Shown piece after piece: positions 55,496-64,000 of a DNA stretch of 64,000 nucleotides. Location of the stretch: the NCBI GenBank assembly GCA_049522955.1, contig JBEKNJ010000007.1, forward strand, positions 20,965 through 84,964. The letters run 5' to 3'. Position 1 is the stretch's first letter. Every line of letters begins with the position of its first letter. The stretch is from Acidobacteriaceae bacterium (GTDB taxonomy: Bacteria > Acidobacteriota > Terriglobia > Terriglobales > Acidobacteriaceae). Under the pieces are notes generated by a model. It saw only the letters and a list, made by a program, of their open reading frames with translations. It was not told the origin of the DNA and ran no database searches. The position numbers and the translations under genes were made by a program.

Positions 55496-56800
55496 ATGGC
55501 ATTCGTCATCGACAACCTGGCGGACGCGATCCGCAGCTCAAAGCAGGCGTTGCGCAAGGCCCTTCCCAATCACGCAGAGGTTTTCCGTCAAGTCGAGGCG
55601 GAAATGCGCCGGCGGGTAAATACCATCGAGAAGGAGCGCGAAGCCGGAGAGCCGGTCATTCCGATCGTGCAGTACTCCGACGTGAAAGCAGGGGTAGTAT
55701 CGGCGGAGCTGATCGCGATGATCCAGGATCGCGGTGCTTGTGTGGTTCGCAGGACATTTGCACCCGAACAAGCCGAAGCCTGGGACAAAGAGATCGGCCG
55801 CTACGTCGACGAGAACGGTCTCGACGCGAAATTGGCCAATGCTGCCGAAGACAAATACTTTGGAACGCTCGCTTCCGCCAAACCGCAGATCTACGGTATC
55901 TACTGGTCACGGCCGCAGGTCCAAGCACGGCAGGCAGAGTCACTGACGCAGGTCCGCATCTTCCTTAACAAGCTGTGGAAGGCGGAGAGCGAAGGCCAGC
56001 GGCACTTCAATCCAGACGAAACACCTGCCTACGCGGATCGCATCCGTCGCCGCCCTCCTGAGTCTGCTTCGCTGGGCCTCTCGCCTCATGTAGACGGCGG
56101 ATCGGTAGAACGATGGCTCGATGAGAACTTTCGCAAGGTCTACCGTCACGTCTTCTCCGGCAATTGGCAGGACTACGACGCCTATGACGCCGCGTACCGC
56201 CCCGACGCTCGCGAAGTAGCGTCTCCAGCCGTCTGCTCTATGTTCCGTACGTTCCAGGGCTGGACGGCATTGACCCGTCAGGGCAAGGGAGACGGGACCT
56301 TGCAACTCATCCCGATCGCAAACTCGATGATGTACGTGCTGCTGCGCGCTCTGCAGGATGACGTCCCCGAGGATGATCTTTGCGGAGCAGCGCCGGGACG
56401 CGCTCTCTCCATCAACCCGCAGTATCACAGTCTCTTAATAGAAGCTTTGTCGTCGATCCCGCTCATGGAGCCTGGGGATACGGTGTTCTGGCACTCAGAC
56501 GTGGTGCATGCGGTTGAGAATGAGCACAGGGGAAGCGGCTATAGCAACGTCATGTATATCTCTTCCACGCCCGGATGTGCCAAGAACACGGCATACCTGG
56601 CAAAGCAGGCACCCGCGTTTCTTTCCGGCAAAACTCCGCCTGACTTTGCGCCGGACGATTTCGAAGTAGACTTCACAGGGCGCGGCACTGAGATCGATCT
56701 GACACCATTGGGCAGATCCCAACTCGGCCTTCTCCAGAAGGCCGATCATGGGCGCTCCGTTTTGGCATCGGTGTCGGCTCAGATCGTACGGAGGGGTTGA
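55496..56800 (+). CDS. DUF1479 / YbiU-family protein (2-oxoglutarate/Fe(II)-oxygenase-like fold)
   Basis: 434 aa. LSPHVDGGSVERWLD and GDTVFWHSDVVHAVE (H-x-D ... H facial-triad-like). Length and N-terminal helical region fit YbiU as I recall it. Confidence 0.7.
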   Translation: MAFVIDNLADAIRSSKQALRKALPNHAEVFRQVEAEMRRRVNTIEKEREAGEPVIPIVQYSDVKAGVVSAELIAMIQDRGACVVRRTFAPEQAEAWDKEIGRYVDENGLDAKLANAAEDKYFGTLASAKPQIYGIYWSRPQVQARQAESLTQVRIFLNKLWKAESEGQRHFNPDETPAYADRIRRRPPESASLGLSPHVDGGSVERWLDENFRKVYRHVFSGNWQDYDAYDAAYRPDAREVASPAVCSMFRTFQGWTALTRQGKGDGTLQLIPIANSMMYVLLRALQDDVPEDDLCGAAPGRALSINPQYHSLLIEALSSIPLMEPGDTVFWHSDVVHAVENEHRGSGYSNVMYISSTPGCAKNTAYLAKQAPAFLSGKTPPDFAPDDFEVDFTGRGTEIDLTPLGRSQLGLLQKADHGRSVLASVSAQIVRRG

Positions 56801-56911
56801 GAACCGTGCCTGTGACAGAGCGGTTCTCAACTTTGGCGGTCGCAGGTTGATGCGGCCGAGAACACCCTGCGTTTTTTCTGCCCCGTGGCTCGTCGCTGTC
56901 GTCGACGAGCT

Positions 56912-57910
56912 TTATTTGTTCGCATTGGTCGTATACTTTTGCAACACAAACTCCTGTACCAGGGCATTGGCGAGTCGGCCCCCGGCGTTGATGAGCGTGC
57001 TGGAGAAAACCAATCCTGGTCCGCGATTACTCGGCGGATAGTAGAGGTTTGTAAGGGAGCCCGCGATCAGATTGCCGCCAATGCCTGAATAGTTAAACTG
57101 CGAACGGCCATTGTCGCCCTTGCAGATAATTGCGTAGGACATCGCGTGAATCGCGCGGGACTTCCCCGATCCCGTTCCCTGGTAAAAGTAGCGCGGGTCC
57201 TGATGCAGCAGCGAGGGCAACACGGCGCCCCCTATCATCACATTGGAGAAGCTGTCAGCATAGGCAGCCCCGAAGCGCTGACCAAAACCCTTCGCACCCT
57301 GTTGATAGTTGGGAGTGTCAGCCGCCTGATTAATTCCTGCGAGAACAACGTCACCCGCGATACTGACTACATCGGTGGCAGCTTTAAAAGCCAGCTCGTA
57401 CTTCAGCTTCTTCGTCAGCGGCACGGCGTCCTTGTCATAGACAACAAAAAAGTTGGGAACAATGCCCAGGACTCGCTGTTTCTCTTCTGCCTTAACTTGT
57501 TGGGTAGCGAGTTGCTCGACGGTGAGGGCGACCACCGTAGTTTCCACCACTGATATCTTCAGCTTGATATCGGTCATCTCCAACGCCTGGCCGGGCGTGA
57601 GGACGATTTCGGGCGAACTCCAATTTGCGAATCCCTTCGCGCTGACAGCGATCTTGTACGCAACCGCCGGAGCGAGGTCTTTGAGCTCGAACGATCCGGT
57701 CTCATCTGTCGTGAGCGTGCGGTGTTCGCTCGAGGTGGGTCCATCCATCGTAAGAGTTGCCCCCGGAATAGCGGCGTCGTCGACATCGGTCACGGTGCCG
57801 CGGATGCTTCCGGGCTGCGGCTGGGGCGCATCGATCTGCTGGCCGGGCGCCGTGATCGGAACAATACTCAAGATAAGAGCACACAACAGGTCGCCGATTC
57901 GCATGGTCAA
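56912..57910 (-). CDS. exported carboxypeptidase-regulatory-like (CarboxypepD_reg) domain protein
   Basis: Signal MTMRIGDLLCALILSIVPITAPGQ. GSIRGTVTDVDDAAIPGATLTMDG..TDETGSFELKDL is the CarboxypepD_reg beta-sandwich signature. The C-terminal ~200 aa are uncharacterised. Confidence 0.75.
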   Translation of the reverse strand: MTMRIGDLLCALILSIVPITAPGQQIDAPQPQPGSIRGTVTDVDDAAIPGATLTMDGPTSSEHRTLTTDETGSFELKDLAPAVAYKIAVSAKGFANWSSPEIVLTPGQALEMTDIKLKISVVETTVVALTVEQLATQQVKAEEKQRVLGIVPNFFVVYDKDAVPLTKKLKYELAFKAATDVVSIAGDVVLAGINQAADTPNYQQGAKGFGQRFGAAYADSFSNVMIGGAVLPSLLHQDPRYFYQGTGSGKSRAIHAMSYAIICKGDNGRSQFNYSGIGGNLIAGSLTNLYYPPSNRGPGLVFSSTLINAGGRLANALVQEFVLQKYTTNANK

Positions 57911-58050
57911 AGATGTTGTTACACATGAAAGATGCAGCGGCCGCCCTGATGGGTTCGGGCGTCCCCAAATTCTTTACAGTTTTTTTGCATAGATTGTTCG
58001 GGCGCGCCTGCAAAGAAGTTCGATTCGGGCACTCGAACAGGACGTATCAA

Positions 58051-58800
58051 CTACCGGATTGCCAGAAGATCGCTGAGGCTGCCGAGCCTCCATGGGACTT
58101 CAGTGACGAGCGCTTCTCCGTGATGCACACCGATCAGTGAACCGAAGAACCGGTCGCGAGATTCCAGCCCGAATAAATAGTCGTTCATGCCGAGCGGGAG
58201 AACCCCGAAGCCTTCAGCAGTTTTTGCAAACTGCGAAACATGCATCCGAAGCAGTTCGAGTTTGCGGTTGTAGACGTTGGAGATGTCGACGACCATGCTG
58301 GGACGCGTGAAATGGTGCAAGAGGTAATACAGGTAAGCCGACGGCTTATGTGGTGGATTCGGGTCGTTCGACTTTCTCAGGGTGCAATAGACGGCCGAAT
58401 TCCGAATGAGACGCCCGGTTGCTGCATGGTCGGGGTGCCTGTCCTTCCAATAGGGTGCCAGCACCAGCTTCGGGCGGTGTCGCCGAATAACGCTCGCAAT
58501 CTGCTTACGGTTCTTTACCGAATCGATGACTCCGCAATCAGGCATGCCGAGATTTTCACGAAACCGGGCACCCATCGAGGATGCGGCTTCCAGCGCCTCC
58601 TTGTCGCGTTCCTCACTCGTACCTCGAGATCCCATTTCACCTCGCGTGAGATCCACAACACCGAATGAAGAACCACAGGCTTTTAATAGCAGCACGCTTC
58701 CGCCTGCACCCCATTCCACATCGTCAGGATGCGCACCAAACAGGAGAACGTCTACCGGAATCAGATCACCGGAATGCTGGTTCTGCTTTTCATCACTCAT
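58051..58800 (-). CDS. PIG-L/LmbE-family N-acetylglucosaminyl deacetylase (BshB1-like)
   Basis: VLLFGAHPDDVEWGAGGSVLLL and ..HPDH.. zinc motifs; 249 aa. Confidence 0.85.
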   Translation of the reverse strand: MSDEKQNQHSGDLIPVDVLLFGAHPDDVEWGAGGSVLLLKACGSSFGVVDLTRGEMGSRGTSEERDKEALEAASSMGARFRENLGMPDCGVIDSVKNRKQIASVIRRHRPKLVLAPYWKDRHPDHAATGRLIRNSAVYCTLRKSNDPNPPHKPSAYLYYLLHHFTRPSMVVDISNVYNRKLELLRMHVSQFAKTAEGFGVLPLGMNDYLFGLESRDRFFGSLIGVHHGEALVTEVPWRLGSLSDLLAIR

Positions 58801-58944
58801 CTTGTCGATATTACATCGGCGTGTCTTGCTACGATCGCGCGAGTCATCGCGTCTGCATGACTTTCCTTCGCTTACAACGAGTGGCCGCGCACGCTTTGTA
58901 ACACAGCTTCGGGGCGAGACGGACTGACCGCCATCCGAGAGCCT

Positions 58945-59721
58945 CTACCACGCAACGGGGGGATTGGTTTGCTGGTCTACGACCTGGTAACCTTCGGGAA
59001 CCTTAAATAACTGCGGATCAGGATCTACCGCATCCAATTCCGTAATCGTGAACTTCTGCGTTCCCAGCCGGGGATCGGAGCGAAGCGATTCCAGGTTAAA
59101 ACCAAGCCGCGGGGAGTGCCAGAATTCCAACACGATTTGTATCGGGCGATCGTTGCCCACAGTTCCCTGGGGAATGGTCGTGATCTGCCGGGTGCCGATG
59201 GTGTCGAGGCCGAAGAGATTCCTGGCACCAAGATTCTCGACCGTGTGAGCGCCGTCCTTGCTGCGCCCGGGCGGCGGCGGTGGTTCGTCTTCGAAGGCCG
59301 CGGAGGCAGACGGATGGTAAGCGGAGAGATCACATGTCTTGTGGAAGATGCTGCAGGTGGAGAGAGTGCGGTTGATGGGGTCGGCGATTTGGATGAAGTT
59401 CATGGAGGACTTGATGTCGCTGCCTTTGGGCACGAGCAGCCAGCGCTCCTCGTAAATACGCCCTGCGCTGTCGCGGGCGATGTGCCGGCGATTGGTAAGT
59501 GTGTAACTGCCGCCGTCCGCCATGGGACGGGTCCACTCGGTCACCAGGGTGGCCGAGAACGGCGCATTGGCAAGAGGGGGGATGGCGATGCTCTCCAGGA
59601 CTTCGCGCGTCCCTCCATCCTGCGCCTGTGGCGGACGGGTGGGAGGCTGTACCTGCACCTGCGCCTGAATTGCGCATGCCATCGACATCAGGCCAAGCAG
59701 GAAAGCGGGCACGGCACGCAT
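58945..59721 (-). CDS. exported hypothetical protein
   Basis: Start at Met9 (MRAVPAFLLGLMSMACAIQAQ signal) of ORF 58945..59745. No motif recognised. Confidence 0.6.
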   Translation of the reverse strand: MRAVPAFLLGLMSMACAIQAQVQVQPPTRPPQAQDGGTREVLESIAIPPLANAPFSATLVTEWTRPMADGGSYTLTNRRHIARDSAGRIYEERWLLVPKGSDIKSSMNFIQIADPINRTLSTCSIFHKTCDLSAYHPSASAAFEDEPPPPPGRSKDGAHTVENLGARNLFGLDTIGTRQITTIPQGTVGNDRPIQIVLEFWHSPRLGFNLESLRSDPRLGTQKFTITELDAVDPDPQLFKVPEGYQVVDQQTNPPVAW

Positions 59722-59939
59722 GACACCCTCGGACGACGAGGGCAAGCGTATCCCACCTCGAGCATTGCCGCAACCCTCCAGTTGGCTGCGAGACGGAAGA
59801 GGCGCATCACATACGTTTCCTCTACGGCAATTCGTTCCGCGGATGAGCTGCGTTGTCTTTCAGCCAGCACGTTCCCACCCGATGTCCCTTTAATGCCTGG
59901 GTTTAGAATGAGTTCCGTGCAGACTTCCCCACGGTGCTC

Positions 59940-60566
59940 TCAACTCCCTACCGTGGCGGCAGTTCTAGTCTGGGTGGCGGTTTGGTCGCGTGACAGGTGC
60001 TCCTGCAGTACCTCGAGGAAGCTGGCGAGCCAAGCCGGGTGGGCGGTCCACGCCGGACCGGTGACGAGCAGTCCATCCACGACGGCTTCGGTGAACCCCA
60101 CCGAGACAAATTGGCCGCCAGCGCTCGCTACCTCCGGGGCACATGCCGGATAGGCACTCACTCTTTTTCCGGCGAGGGCCCCAGCAGCCGCCAATAGTTG
60201 CGGCCCGTGGCACAGCGCGGCGATCGGTTTGCCGGAGTTGTGGAAGTGCTTCACTAAATCGACGACCCTGGCATTGAGGCGCAGGTACTCCGGCGCCCGG
60301 CCTCCCGGGATGATCAGCGCGTCGTATTCGGAGGGCTGCACCTCAGCGAACGTTGCGTTGAGCGTGAAATTGTGGCCGCGCTTTTCTGAATAGGTTTGGT
60401 CACCTTCAAAGTCGTGGATGGCGGTGCGCACGAATTCGCCCTGCTTCTTGTCCGGACAAACGGCATGCACCGTGTGCCCCACCATCTGCAATGCCTGAAA
60501 AGGAACCATAACTTCATAGTCCTCGACGTAGTCGCCGACTATCATGAGTAGCTTCGCGATTTTCAT
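59940..60566 (-). CDS. DJ-1/PfpI-family protein
   Basis: [52 protein letters not shown] (nucleophile-elbow Cys-His). Start at Met9 of the ORF. Confidence 0.9.
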   Translation of the reverse strand: MKIAKLLMIVGDYVEDYEVMVPFQALQMVGHTVHAVCPDKKQGEFVRTAIHDFEGDQTYSEKRGHNFTLNATFAEVQPSEYDALIIPGGRAPEYLRLNARVVDLVKHFHNSGKPIAALCHGPQLLAAAGALAGKRVSAYPACAPEVASAGGQFVSVGFTEAVVDGLLVTGPAWTAHPAWLASFLEVLQEHLSRDQTATQTRTAATVGS

Positions 60567-60649
60567 AAGTGGATGTCCTCGAATGTGCACGAATTTTTAG
60601 GGTGATAATCAAATAACAGGATTGCTTGATCACGATCAAGGCCTGAACG

Positions 60650-61687
60650 TCACGGTTTCGCATTGGGGTGGGATTTCAGGAACGCGCTGAGGGCGTCAGG
60701 CATAAAGGCCGCGGTGCTGAACGCGTAGGGCAGCGCAGATTCGAAGGTAGTGACTTTGTATTTGCCCCGGCCGTCGGTCAATATCAGCACGATAGGCGGC
60801 TTCCCTTCCGCATGATTGAAGGTGCTGACCTCGTAGCCATATTGCCGGTCGCGGTAACTGACCGCGGGCCATTGACCCGGTTCACCGGCGACTACGATCG
60901 CGCGCATCAGGTAGTCGCTTTCTGTGGCCGCCTGCTGCAGCAGTCCACCAATAGGATAGCGGTAGTGAAATGCCGCGTCATCGGCCCCTGCGGCGCGATA
61001 GGTCTTGCCCGACCAGGATAATCCCGCGGCACCGGTATTGTGGCCAGGAGTAAACAGGGTGATGCCGGCGTTGCGCGCCCCTTCGGCCGACTTTACCAGG
61101 GCATCGAGTTCCTTTGTGCTCAGCGGAAGTTTCGCAGCGTCCACCACCGGGAAATCCCGCTCGCAGACGAGCTGATCCATAAAGCGACGCACACGCACGG
61201 TGTGGTCGGACGCCTGGCCGCAGGCTACCAGCAAATGTTCGTAGTCGGTGGTTGCAATCTGGTAGTCACGACAATCGCCGCAGCTCCCAAGGCCGGCGCA
61301 GGTTTGACCATAAAAGGCCACGAAGCGGACCGCGTGGTGCGTTGCGTCGGAGCCGTAGAGCACCATCACGTGGTTCAGCAACGAGGTTTCACCGTGGATC
61401 CCCTCGGGACGCCCATATTCCGTGTTCCCCCCAAGCACCACTTCTTCCTTGCCATTCACTTCGAGCACAGTGGCGGCGCGTACCTGGAAATGCGAGATGA
61501 AGGTATCGGTGTGGACTTTCTCCGCCGCGTCGAGCGCCTCGAATATCTGGCTGCGGAGTTTGGCATCCGGCACAACTGCTTCGGACTCCGAGGTCAAGGT
61601 CCATCGGGAAGCACTTTGCGGTGCCCGGGATCCGCACCCCGCAGCCACTCCGCACAGCAACAGAAAAACAACACCGTAAGGCTTCAA
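60650..61687 (-). CDS. lipoprotein with cytidine/deoxycytidylate-deaminase-like zinc motifs (two-domain CDA fold suspected)
   Basis: Lipobox LLLCGVAAG-C. FQVRAATVLEVNGKEEVVLGGNTEY..GIHGETSLLNH (H-x-E) and GSCGDCRDY (C-x-x-C) at CDA-like spacing. The second half (TGAAGLSWSGKTYRAAGADD..) lacks the zinc ligands, as in the pseudo-domain of dimeric CDAs. Confidence 0.55.
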   Translation of the reverse strand: MKPYGVVFLLLCGVAAGCGSRAPQSASRWTLTSESEAVVPDAKLRSQIFEALDAAEKVHTDTFISHFQVRAATVLEVNGKEEVVLGGNTEYGRPEGIHGETSLLNHVMVLYGSDATHHAVRFVAFYGQTCAGLGSCGDCRDYQIATTDYEHLLVACGQASDHTVRVRRFMDQLVCERDFPVVDAAKLPLSTKELDALVKSAEGARNAGITLFTPGHNTGAAGLSWSGKTYRAAGADDAAFHYRYPIGGLLQQAATESDYLMRAIVVAGEPGQWPAVSYRDRQYGYEVSTFNHAEGKPPIVLILTDGRGKYKVTTFESALPYAFSTAAFMPDALSAFLKSHPNAKP

Positions 61688-61708
61688 TCGAGTCGTCTCC
61701 CTTCACTC

Positions 61709-62620
61709 CTATTTCTCCTCAAAGTGGTTCCCGAAGTAATAAACCCTGTGATGGGCGCCTTTGAGGGCGGCTGCATTCAGCGTCAACTCCGCGCCATCGA
61801 GGCGGCGAACGTCCGCATGAGGAAGCTTCTCCTGGTCATTCACCCATCCCTCTGCGAGTTCGACACCCGAGACATCAGTGGTTAAACCGGTGACATAGTA
61901 GTGGGCTGGGATGACAGCCTTAGGATCATATTTCCTGAAAATTGCATCGACCTCGGCGCGCGTGAGGACTGCCTCGACGGGCAGAATAAGCACGTCGACA
62001 TTTTTCAAGTACGGATCGAGGAAAGGGTCAGGCGTCGCACGATTGTCACCCCAGACGGCGATCCGCAATCCCCCGGTTTCGATCAGCTCAATCGCGTTAT
62101 CCAATTCAATCACGTTGTTCGGCGGACAAGTCTCATCCGGTTTATCAGCAGGCGCCGGCTCACATTTGTGCTTGTCCGCGAGACCGGTTATTTCCATATC
62201 GCCGAGTTTGAACTGCCCCCCCAAACGCTCGAGAATGATCAGACCTTTCGGCCGCTCCACCGCATCGTGGTCGAAGTGAGCGTGTGTGGAAAGAACGAGA
62301 TCAACCCGGATGGCGGGAAACTCGCGCAGGAACCACTTCGGGTAACGGCCGGTTTCATCATTGCCCCAGGGATCGGTGAGAACGGTCAAGCCGGCGGGCG
62401 ATGTGATCCTGAATGCGTCATGTCCGTAGAACTCGATCCTGACGTCACCCGAACGAGTCGGGTCTCCCCCCTCTTTCTGAACAGCGATGAGGGAATTGTC
62501 ATTCCACGCGGTGACCTGTTGCGCGCGTGCGCCATCGTTCAAGGTCAATAAGACAAGCGAGACGATCGCGGCCAGCGTTTTAAGGCACATATCCTCCCCG
62601 CTTCTGGATGACTCTACCAC
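61709..62620 (-). CDS. exported MBL-fold metallo-hydrolase
   Basis: Signal ..MCLKTLAAIVSLVLLTLNDGARAQ. LVLSTHAHFDHD (H-x-H-x-D-H). Start is GTG 62620 or ATG 62590. Confidence 0.8.
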   Translation of the reverse strand: MVESSRSGEDMCLKTLAAIVSLVLLTLNDGARAQQVTAWNDNSLIAVQKEGGDPTRSGDVRIEFYGHDAFRITSPAGLTVLTDPWGNDETGRYPKWFLREFPAIRVDLVLSTHAHFDHDAVERPKGLIILERLGGQFKLGDMEITGLADKHKCEPAPADKPDETCPPNNVIELDNAIELIETGGLRIAVWGDNRATPDPFLDPYLKNVDVLILPVEAVLTRAEVDAIFRKYDPKAVIPAHYYVTGLTTDVSGVELAEGWVNDQEKLPHADVRRLDGAELTLNAAALKGAHHRVYYFGNHFEEK

Positions 62621-62667
62621 GAGCCTCGATTAAACTTTTGTACGTACCTGGCAGGTGGATCGGAGCG

Positions 62668-63504
62668 ATGAAAGCGTTGACTACACCCAAGTTCATTCCC
62701 AGCAGCGAAGAATTGAGCAAGCTTGACCGCGACCTGCGGTTTCATCCTTCGACGACCGAGCATCCCACAGCTCTGACCCCGGAGCAGATTGCCGCATTTA
62801 ATCGCGACGGTTACCTGAAGGGCATTCGCATCTTCGATGCAGACGAGATAGCCGGCATTCGTAGCTACTTTGATGAACTGCTGGCCAGGACGCTTGCCGC
62901 GGGGGGCGACAGCTACTCAATCAGCACCGCGCACCTCCGCCATGCACGTGTTTACGACATCCTCACGGATCCTCGTATTGTGGCTCGTATCAAGGACCTG
63001 ATTGGCGAGAACGTGGTTGGCTGGGGCTCGCACTTCTTCTGCAAAATGCCTGGAGATGGAAAACGGGTCTCCTGGCATCAGGATTCGAGCTATTGGCCGT
63101 TAACCCCTTCGATGGCCGTGACCGCCTGGCTGGCGATCGACGATGCCACGATCGAAAACGCCTGCATGCGCTTCATTCCTGGTTCGCACCACCTGGGCCA
63201 TCTGACCTACACGCTGAGTGAAAACGACGAAGCCAATGTTCTGAACCAAACGGTTCCTGGGGCGGAAAAGTTTGGACAACCCGTGGATGATCAACTGAGT
63301 GCCGGGGAGATTTCCATCCACAGCGACCTGCTCTTGCATGGATCCGAAGCCAATCAATCGAGCAGACGGCGGGCCGGGCTAACTCTACGCTACTGCCCGG
63401 CGATCGTAAGAGCGGACCTGGGGTGGAACGCGAAAGGGGTCGTTGTGAGCGGAAAAGACGAATCTGGTCACTGGGCCAACCCGCCGCGGCCGCAAACTGA
63501 CTAG
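62668..63504 (+). CDS. phytanoyl-CoA dioxygenase (PhyH) family Fe(II)/2OG oxygenase
   Basis: Start at Met21 of ORF 62608..63504. FNRDGYLKGIRIF, VSWHQDSSYWPL (H-x-D), SIHSDLLLHGSEAN (distal His), LTLRY. Confidence 0.85.
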   Translation: MKALTTPKFIPSSEELSKLDRDLRFHPSTTEHPTALTPEQIAAFNRDGYLKGIRIFDADEIAGIRSYFDELLARTLAAGGDSYSISTAHLRHARVYDILTDPRIVARIKDLIGENVVGWGSHFFCKMPGDGKRVSWHQDSSYWPLTPSMAVTAWLAIDDATIENACMRFIPGSHHLGHLTYTLSENDEANVLNQTVPGAEKFGQPVDDQLSAGEISIHSDLLLHGSEANQSSRRRAGLTLRYCPAIVRADLGWNAKGVVVSGKDESGHWANPPRPQTD

Positions 63505-63633
63505 CCTGAATTTTTCTCGATTTCTATGCGACCCCAGAGGGAGCGCCGCTTGCGCCCTCAGGGGCTAAGAGTCGGACAGATTTGCAAATCGCTTATGCAC
63601 GGCCTGAAGAGTCTGCAGAGCTTAACCCGCCTC

Positions 63634-63669
63634 AGCACCGTGGCATCGCTACTGCTCATCGCACAGAGC
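63634..63669. terminator. perfect 14-bp-stem hairpin between convergent genes (possible bidirectional terminator; no U-tract)
   Basis: catcgctactgctc-atcgcaca-gagcagtagcgatg. A second, imperfect GC-rich hairpin lies at about 63528-63563. Confidence 0.35.
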
Positions 63670-63698
63670 AGTAGCGATGGAGGTGAGTGAGCATCGGT

Positions 63699-64000
63699 TC
63701 AGCGTCCTTCCTGCAATAAGGCTAGCTCAACAGGGGACGATGTTTTGACCGCCGCAATTTGCGACTGCCGTTCCGCTTTCGAGCTGCTGCAAAGAAGGTG
63801 GCTCCCCTGCCCGGCAACCCAAACGGCGCGCAGAAAATACCGGTCGCCATAATGAGTAAACACCGCCTTGCCTTTGGTTGCCGGCAAGCTGTCGTTGGCC
63901 AGCTGGGTCATTGCCATTCCGGAGGTTTTCGTTCCTCGAATCACCATCGTATGTTCTCCGTTCATGCGGATGGTGTAGACGCCAGGAGCGAAGTTTTGTC
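63699..64000 (-). CDS. hypothetical protein, 5'-partial (continues beyond window end)
   Basis: The frame stays open upstream of the listed Met at 63965 to the window edge (..QNFAPGVYTIRMNGEHTMVIRGTKTSG..). No motif recognised. Confidence 0.5.
   Translation of the reverse strand, partial: QNFAPGVYTIRMNGEHTMVIRGTKTSGMAMTQLANDSLPATKGKAVFTHYGDRYFLRAVWVAGQGSHLLCSSSKAERQSQIAAVKTSSPVELALLQEGR

Noticed and set aside
59116-60153. 345-aa plus-strand ORF (and 61040..61885, 281 aa)
   Set aside because: They run antisense across two or three minus-strand genes each (hypothetical/DJ-1; CDA-like/MBL). Their composition is typical of GC-rich shadow frames.
1-64000. tRNA, rRNA, tmRNA, RNase P, transposase, integrase, phage or defence-system genes
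   Set aside because: I scanned intergenic regions and all listed ORFs for their hallmarks (T-loop GTTCGAATC-type boxes, DDE/tyrosine recombinase motifs, nuclease/ATPase defence domains) and found none. Absence by eye is not proof; tRNAscan-SE, Infernal, ISfinder and DefenseFinder/PADLOC runs would settle it.

Overview
This is a 64-kb, high-GC, densely coding chromosomal segment with about 55 protein genes on both strands. By eye I found no rRNA, tRNA, CRISPR array, transposase, integrase or phage structural gene.

Gene content is dominated by Sec/Tat-exported hydrolases and redox enzymes:
- partial fhs
- a 7TM SpoIIE/PP2C phosphatase
- a cytochrome P460-family gene followed by an IorAB-type molybdoenzyme
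- a MocR regulator
- GH125 and GH31 glycoside hydrolases
- an M14 peptidase
- three amidohydrolase-superfamily enzymes, including a D-aminoacylase-like one
- an NhaP-type antiporter
- a stress-type block (Mn catalase, YciE/DUF892, two SDRs, SRPBCC, Zn-ADH, VWA protein, Usp)
- an L,D-transpeptidase
- a class-C-like serine hydrolase
- an FAD monooxygenase
- an EF-hand-bearing ThuA protein
- an AraC regulator
- DUF1479/YbiU
- a PIG-L deacetylase
- DJ-1, an MBL hydrolase and a PhyH dioxygenase

The mix (TIGR03436-like VWA protein, CarboxypepD_reg protein, many exported amidohydrolases) suggests a soil Acidobacteriota genome. That is inference only.

I could not find a convincing novel multi-gene system: nothing resembles a defence, secretion or biosynthetic cluster. 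The most unusual signals are these:
1. A modular family of intergenic palindromic repeats, including a mismatch-free 202-bp palindrome at 43327-43528 and MITE-like units with 12-bp terminal inverted repeats.
2. A low-GC islet at about 14.8-16.9 kb carrying orphan ORFs, one with eukaryote-style C2H2-like zinc-finger spacing.
3. A signal-less GH31 whose catalytic motifs look like the alpha-1,4-glucan lyase clade (recalled from memory).
4. A periplasmic cytochrome P460-family gene placed where IorAB-type enzymes usually have a cytochrome c partner.
5. Several orphan or oddly built proteins: a Pro-rich 396-aa protein, an EF-hand-inserted ThuA, and a lipoprotein with cytidine-deaminase zinc motifs.
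6. Gene remnants: a TonB-C fragment, an AraC C-terminal fragment, and a small ORF split by an in-frame TAG.

All functional calls come from reading motifs in the supplied translations or my own hand translations. No database search was run.
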